Source: the human T2T-CHM13v2.0 reference genome, Homo sapiens
NCBI RefSeq assembly: GCF_009914755.1
Contig: NC_060945.1
Direction: 5' to 3' (one strand)
DNA length: 64,000 nt
The notes beneath the pieces were generated by a model. That model had not been told where the DNA came from, searched no databases, and saw only the letters and a list, made by a program, of their open reading frames with translations. The position numbers and the translations under genes were made by a program. The first letter of the stretch is position 1, and the number at the start of each line of letters is the position of its first letter. Positions 57,150 to 64,000 of this stretch are shown here, in pieces.

Positions 57150-57885
57150 GGATAATAAGAGCTAACATATGTTGATTATTCCTGTGTGACAGCCATTCTT
57201 CTAAATGTTTTACATGTATAACTCGTGTAATGCCCACAGCAACCCTATGAGATAAAGTGCTAGTTCCTGTTGCTGCTGTAACAGATTACTATAATCCTAA
57301 TGGCCTCAAATAACACAAACTGATTTTCTTATAGTTTGGGAGGTCAGAAGTCTAAAATGATTCTTATGGGGCTGAAGTCAGGGTGTTGATAAGGTTGGTT
57401 TCCTTCTGGAGGCCTCCCTATAGAATCTGCCTCAGGCCTCTTCCAGTTTCCAGACGCTGCCAACATTCCTTGGCTTCCAGCCACATACCCTAAATCCCCT
57501 TCTACTGTCACATCACATTCTCCTCTTTTGTAGTACAGTCTCCTTCCGTCTCCCTCTTATAAGGACACTGTTGATCCAATAGGCCCACCCAGATAATCCA
57601 GTGTAACTTCCCTATCTCAAGAACCTCAACTTAACCACATCTGCAAAGTCCCTTTTACCATGGAAGGTAACACATTTACAGATCCTAGGGATTCTGATGT
57701 GGGCATCTTTGGGGCACTATTATTCTGTCTATCACAGATAATTATTATTCTCATTTTATAAATGAGAAAACTGAGGTTCAGAAAGAGATCAAATAACTTG
57801 TTTAAGATTATACAACTAGTGAGCAGTGAAGCCTGAAATCAAATACAGTGAGTCTCCCACTCTTGGCCACTGTATCATTCTGCCT
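57150..57885 (-). mobile_element. MIR split by an MLT1 LTR
   Basis: gctaacatatgttg...aaccctatgagataa before the LTR; attattattctcattttataaatgagaaaactgagg after it. Confidence 0.78.
57256..57736 (-). mobile_element. MLT1C/D MaLR solo LTR
   Basis: gctgctgtaacagattac...ggaggtcagaagtctaaaatg...ttattctgtctatcaca; 5-bp TSD gataa (57251-57255, 57737-57741). Confidence 0.88.
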
Positions 57886-58254
57886 TTATGTTAGTTGGAG
57901 GAGAATAAAAGCACCAAATGTAAAATCTTGGATTATCCAGTGTAGCTCTTATTTCCGGAAAAAAGGATCCTAATACTGAGTCCAGCCTGAAATGGGCTCC
58001 CTAGGTGTGGATGACCTGGCGGCCCTCATTAGTGTGTACATCAATAGTAATGTTAACAATGTCTATGTCGGTTGTCCCCAGGCTCCTTTAGTGACAGAAA
58101 TATCTTTCTGGCTCAGGTGTCCTCGATAATGTGCAGCCACCAAGGCAAACTTCCTATGATGCCTTCATTGCTGAGAGTCTACCTTGTGTTCCTGTAATAG
58201 CAGAGCTGTGTGTTCCCTCTTCTCTGTGGCAGCCTTTTCAGACTCCCGTGTGTT

Positions 58255-58410
58255 CCCAAATCACCTGAGGAACTTAGTATGAAAGTGACTCTCTGGACGC
58301 ATAGCAGACCTACTCGTTCAGAACATTCAGAATCTCCCAATATGGGGCCCAGATAGGGGTGTTATAGCAAGGTTTTCCTGTTTATTCTGATGCATGCCAA
58401 ATTTTGATTG
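58255..58410. mobile_element. MER5A-like hAT MITE
   Basis: aatcacctgaggaactt...cagacctact...tcagaatctc...ggggcccag...attctgatgcatgccaaattttg. Confidence 0.6.
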
Positions 58411-58446
58411 TCACTCTCGGATTATGTCCTGATTCGTAATCTAAAG

Positions 58447-58620
58447 CAGTTGTTCACAATATTTTCCCCAGGGAACATTTGCCAACATTTTTTGGAGATA
58501 ATTTTTGCTCTCTCAAATGGGAGCATGCTATTGGCACCTAGTGAGTAGAGGCCAGGAATCTTTCCAAACATCCTACAATCCACGAACAGCCCCTGATAAC
58601 AAATAGTTATCCTGGCCAAG
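58447..58620 (+). mobile_element. MER20 hAT MITE
   Basis: ccccagggaacatttgccaac...gctattggcacctagtgagtagaggccagga...aaacatcctacaatccac. Confidence 0.8.
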
Positions 58621-58979
58621 GGGAACCTTCTTAAAGCATGTGAAGAGATGAGGAGATAGTTTATTCTTTAAACTAAATCCAGTATTCTCTGTGTAAATGT
58701 GTTTCTTCACATCAATAACCGTTTAGTTTTGAGTCTGAAGTGAAAAAAAGGAAACAAATAACACGATAAAAATTGAGAAACTTTCTACATGTATAGGGTT
58801 AGGAGATATTAAGCTTTCCATGCTAATATTTTTTAAAATGTTTTATTAAAAGTAACTCTGTAGTCTACTGTCCCCCAGAATGGACTCTAGGAAATAGCTG
58901 AGCAATCTTTACTCTAATTGTGGTTCACTGTCATTGTATGAATGGTTTCAGGTCTCTGATATAATAAGCAAGAGATTGA

Positions 58980-59306
<327 letters not shown>

Positions 59307-59339
59307 TTACAAATTTGTACCATTAGTCATTGCCAGAAT

Positions 59340-59500
59340 ACCTCAGCTTGATCCGTACAAGCTGTGTGTCCATGGACAGGTTAATTAACCTCTCCAATCT
59401 CAGTTCCCTTATCTATAAAATGAATGCCAATTCAGGAACTCAAATAGCACACAGATTCTTGCATCTGTAAATGACAAAGGAGACGAATATATATATGGAA
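59340..59500 (+). mobile_element. MIR SINE fragment
   Basis: agctgtgtgtccatggacaggttaattaacctctccaatctcagttcccttatctataaaatg. Confidence 0.7.
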
Positions 59501-61993
59501 CCCTGTCTGTTTTATGGGGAAGTCTTTTTATTGAGAACTTATTATGCATCTAGCTCTGTGTTTAAGAATGTATAAACATTCCTCCTCCATTTTTCCCTCA
59601 GCCTCATTTTTTAAAATAGCAAACCTAAGAGAAGACAGTATTTTTTAAATTAATTCTGAGAAGCTCTACACATGTGCTTGCTTCCAAGACGTAAGGAGAT
59701 TTAAACTGAAACAGTGGGAAAAAAAATTAAAAATCTCTGTGCTGCTGACTTTCTGGTGTCAGGACAAGAGAAGACATTAGGATTTTATATATGTTGCCAT
59801 TATCTTACACTGGTAAAAAGTGAGATCTTCAGTAATGAATATTAGTATTTTGAACAGCTAAGAGACTGAAGAATCTAGACTTATAAGGTTCATTAATTAA
59901 ATTATCCAACAAAATTTCTATTATTGATTTACATTATTCTAGAGTATTGGAAATACAAAAAGAGAGAAGAAAAAGCCCATGATTGGTTCAGTTTCTCATC
60001 TGAGGCAACTAATCTTTTCTCTGAATACCCACAAAAGTACCAGAAGTAAGATAGTAACCCAGGTCTGTAGGTTGTGAAAGATAAGAAAAGATAGCTTTGG
60101 ATTTTGAAATATATATGTTTAAATTCTGTGTATTTTTGTCAGTGTTGCCATTTTCAACCTTAGGAAACAAAATAATAAACTTTTGTTATTCAAAATTTAT
60201 AACACTAGATGAAAGTAAAATCACAACTTTCAAATTTTTAAGGTTATAGTATTTCTACTTCTGAAGTTATTCAAACTTAAATCTGCCCTGAGACTTTTGG
60301 AACATGGATATTACTGTTTCACCCTACTGGCCAGAGTAATCAATTGATAATCAAGTATTGCTCTTGACAGAAGTAGAGAAAAAGAAAAGTACTAGAATGT
60401 ACTGAGGTGTATCCAAACAACCTGGTCACTTAACCTCCCCAAGGATTTCTTCCTACCTGTGACTTTATTTTGACACTTGACTCTAAGTCATTTTTGAAGT
60501 CATAGCATTGCCTGTTGTGTCTTTAATAGAAGCAATAATAAATGATTCTCATTTTTAATTGTTTTAGGCTCACAGAAAACCTGGGTACCTGAAATACCTA
60601 ACATTTTATTTATTTTAATTAGGCAGAAGCTGCAATTCATCCCTTGCAAAAATATGCCACAGGCAAAAGCTATTAAAAATCTCTGTGACTCTGCACACTC
60701 TACTCTTGTTTGTAAAGGTGGACCATTACAAGGCAATTTGCTACATGTGGGGTGAATTGCAAGGCACATAACATTTACAAATATGAGCAATTAAATTGAA
60801 AACCACTCATTTCTGTTATAATACTCAACCATATGACATTCAATCTATAAATACTAAACTTAAATTATATTTAAGGTACAACCAAAGTTTAGGATGAAGG
60901 GGCAATTCTCTAGAATGCAATTTGAAAGCAAAATTTAGAAAAGTAAATAAGAAAACAGACTTGAGAAAAAACTATTTATTAAGCACAATACTCTGCAATT
61001 TAAAGTAGAAAATGTATTTATAGTTTGCGGTGTGGACCTCAGTGGATTTCAAATGCTCTCAGTGTAAACATAAACAGAAGTCATATCCTTATGTTTTAAA
61101 CACCAGAGTGTGGAGAAGCAACTTCAATCTAAAAAAATCACAGGAAATTATTCAGTGCAACTTTCTTGGTATGGGATAGTCCCTTCAAAGTAAAAGGCAT
61201 ATTTCTCTTTGTATACTGGTTACTGTTATTTAATAATTTTGATAAATTCAACAAGTAAAGTATCTTGATAACTGACAAGGAAAAATAATTCTTACTGAAA
61301 AACTTTATCCCATTCTTCGCACCTCATCCCCAATCATACTGGTTGTTAGTTCCAAGTCTTTTTGTTCATGCTTTTATTTTAATACAAAATTATCCTCCTC
61401 GTTAAGATGGTTGCTTGTATTACCAAAACTATTGTTGGTAAGATGAAAACAGAGATGCCGGGGGTGGAATAAAGCATCTGCTTCCAAGAATGACCCTTAT
61501 CTTATTTGCACAGTACTCTGCAAACATCACGATCCCCATGCAGTCCCTGATTGCTCTGTCTTTGCAGAGACGTTTGTTTTACATGTTGAAATATCTGTTG
61601 TGCGTGTTTCTCTATTTCCTGTTTGCAATTAAGGCAATCTCAACAGTGTCCACTTTAGAAATATTACCTCTGCCACTCTCTCCCACATCAGACCTGTTAA
61701 GCAACTGTTACAGGAAATTTTAAAACACTCAGTTTTTACCTGTATGATAATGGTAATTACACTGTGTTATAAATAAATATTTATTTATAAATTATTATAA
61801 ATAATTATTAAAGGTATATGAATTAAAATAAAAAACTTTCTAAAATTGGAAAAATCTTGAAGATGAAGATTGTTTATGTTTATTAGAATCATTAGCAGCC
61901 TATCACAATAGTTGATGCTTGAAAATTTAGGATTAATGATGACATTTTTATTTTTTTCCTTCGATGTTGTTGCATTGCCCAGGCATTTAACAA

Positions 61994-62065
61994 ATACGCA
62001 AATAGGTGTCTATGTAGATAGATGCACACATGTATATCTGTCTACATAGACAACTATTTGCATAT
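61994..62065. repeat. Inverted repeat: 30-bp arms (27/30 complementary), 12-nt loop
   Basis: atacgcaaataggtgtctatgtagatagat [gcacacatgtat] atctgtctacatagacaactatttgcatat. Confidence 0.95.
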
Positions 62066-62210
62066 ACACGTATATATGCATATACACGTATAGGTACACG
62101 CATAATGAGTAAATGCAAATATGTCTATTTGTGTTTATGTAAAATTATGTATTAAGTAGTCTTTCTTCCATGCTCGATATTTCTTTTTTGTTCTTGTTAA
62201 ATCAGAACAC

Positions 62211-62375
62211 CTATAGCTAGAAGAGAAGAATTGTAATGTTGCCAACACAAAGAAAAAATAAATGTTTGAGGTGATAGACACCTCAATTGCCCTGATTTGA
62301 TCATTACACATTGTATACATGCGTCGAAATATCGCATATACCCTCACAATCTGTACAACTATGACATAGCAATAG
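62211..62375 (+). mobile_element. L1MA-type 3' terminal fragment
   Basis: atagctagaagagaagaattgtaatgttgccaacacaaaga...aaatgtttgaggtgat...ccctgatttgatcattacacattgtatac. Confidence 0.85.
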
Positions 62376-63399
62376 AAGATCTTGAAGAAATTCAGAATAT
62401 CTAGCTTCTGCTTGGTCTTTGAATGGACTTCACAAAAGAAATCAAAAGTATGGTTGGAACTTATTTTTTAAATATTAAATAAATTTTAGAAATGTACCAT
62501 ACTGCACATAAAAATTGAGTATTCACCTAGATGAGCATATGAATTATTATTTTTCTGCTGGTGAACAAATTTATTCAGTAGGATGAGATGTGTGGGAAAT
62601 TGCCATTCACTATAAAATTAATGAAACAGAAAAAATTTCCTTTTACAATCTAATGCTTTTTTAACTTAACACAGACATTGAGATTCAAGTTTTTATTAAG
62701 TGCAGCTTGATCAAATTTCAGCATGCATACATCACTATTGTTCATCAATAACTGAAGAAGATTTTGTTGACTACATTTTTATCAGATATTTCATGTGAAC
62801 ATGAAAACAGAAAGAATGAGTGTGGGTTGATATAATGCCTCGGGAGGGTGCCAGGCTTTTCGTTCTCATAAGCACGTATTTTCAGATGCTTTGAGAAGGT
62901 TAAACGATTTTGAAAACTTCATTATAATTTGGATTTCAGAAAGCCTATCCTAGAAATAAACGTTTCAATTAAATCTTCTTAAACCTTATGGTAAAAGAGT
63001 TTAAAGTCCCCTACCTTATGATTGTAGAAATTAAAATCATCTTATAGGTGGGCTATGAAGAGAAAATTTTTATTAGATGTAGTCAAAAAAGTAGAATTTT
63101 TTACATGAATAAAAATAATTAAGATTTGTTATGTTTTTAGTTTGTATGGGAGTATGTATGTGTTCCCTTGGGCTTAATTTTTAAGATTAATATTTTTACA
63201 AAAGATTACATTTTTTTCTTATATGGGACTTATCACAAAATTAAAGCTGAAGAATAGAGACATGATTTGTTTACCATATGCAAGCATTTGGATATTTGTT
63301 CTAAAATGGAAATACATTTTACAGAATTCTTAAGGTAGCATGAAAGCTAAGTTTATGCAAAAGAAAAATAACAGGTTCTAGTGGCTCGTAAGAAATGTT

Positions 63400-63680
63400 T
63401 GGTATTTCAGAGATATTCCAAAAAAGTGAATCAAGGGTTCAACTTGTTCCTTCACCATCATATAGGGCATGGTCCTATTCTTCATCTTTGAGTATCAGCA
63501 TAGCCATATTTTAATTCCAGGCCACAACAAGACAAAGAGAGAATGGAAGACCTCACACATAATGCTTTAAAGTTAAAGCCTGCAAGTGTTACACATTATT
63601 TCTGCCCGCCCCCAGTTGGCCTGAGCTAATTTACGTGACTGTTCATGACTGCAAGGAAAGTTGTGAAGCACAGTCTCCGG
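63400..63680. mobile_element. LTR33-like ancient LTR fragment
   Basis: gcctgcaagtgttacacattatttctgccc...ttggcctgagctaatttacgtgac...actgcaaggaaag. Confidence 0.45.
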
Positions 63681-64000
63681 CGATGTCAGTTCAAACTCTG
63701 GTGGGAGGTTCATTGATTAAAAGGAGGAAACAGAGAATACATGGTGGGAGATGGGAAGATGTATCTGTCACCCAGATGTCTGGCAAAGGTTTTGTTATTT
63801 TAATCTCGTGGAAGAGGCTAAAGAATAACAGAATGAGTTGAATTCAGAATGTTATAATTTGTGCTACAATCAGTTGTCTAAAAAGCTATGTTTATACCTA
63901 TGCCTATTTCTTTTGTGACTTAAATCTTGGAGGCCAGCCATATTTAGTTATTTTTGTAAAAGTTACCAAATTACAATATTAGGCACATTTTTCAAAATGA

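Noticed and set aside
55861-58034. 18-bp near-repeat tgg(t/c)ggccctcattagtg at 55861-55878 and 58017-58034 as a TSD or recombination site
   Set aside because: The interval contains old unrelated elements and has no poly(A) or TIR; one such match in 64 kb is compatible with chance.

Overview
This is AT-rich primate (most likely human) genomic DNA with no intact protein-coding gene that I can support; it reads as intergenic or deep intronic sequence. Much of the window is interspersed repeats recognised by eye: Alu J/S/Y and FLAM, 3' fragments of L1PA/PB/MA, HAL1, MIR, L2, MaLR LTRs (THE1, MST, MLT1), ERV LTRs (MER9, LTR8, MER39, MER31, LTR16, LTR33-like) and hAT MITEs (MER1B, MER58A, MER63A, MER5A, MER20). 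Subfamily labels come from remembered consensus sequences and need RepeatMasker/Dfam confirmation. The one clear gene-derived feature is a full-length processed PPIA (cyclophilin A) pseudogene (32325-33078, minus strand) with a 13-bp TSD and two frameshifts. The best candidate for something undescribed is a GC-richer unique block at about 16550-17140. On the minus strand it shows a collinear but heavily frameshifted series of TIL, TILa and VWD motifs behind a splice acceptor, suggesting a fossil exon of a lost FCGBP/zonadhesin/alpha-tectorin-like gene; this is unverified inference. Other notable items are a 72-nt near-perfect hairpin (61994-62065), a 96-98-bp x3 tandem repeat, a hairpin/duplication scar truncating a THE1 LTR, and several unusual Alu junctions. 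I found no firm evidence for a new functional biological system.
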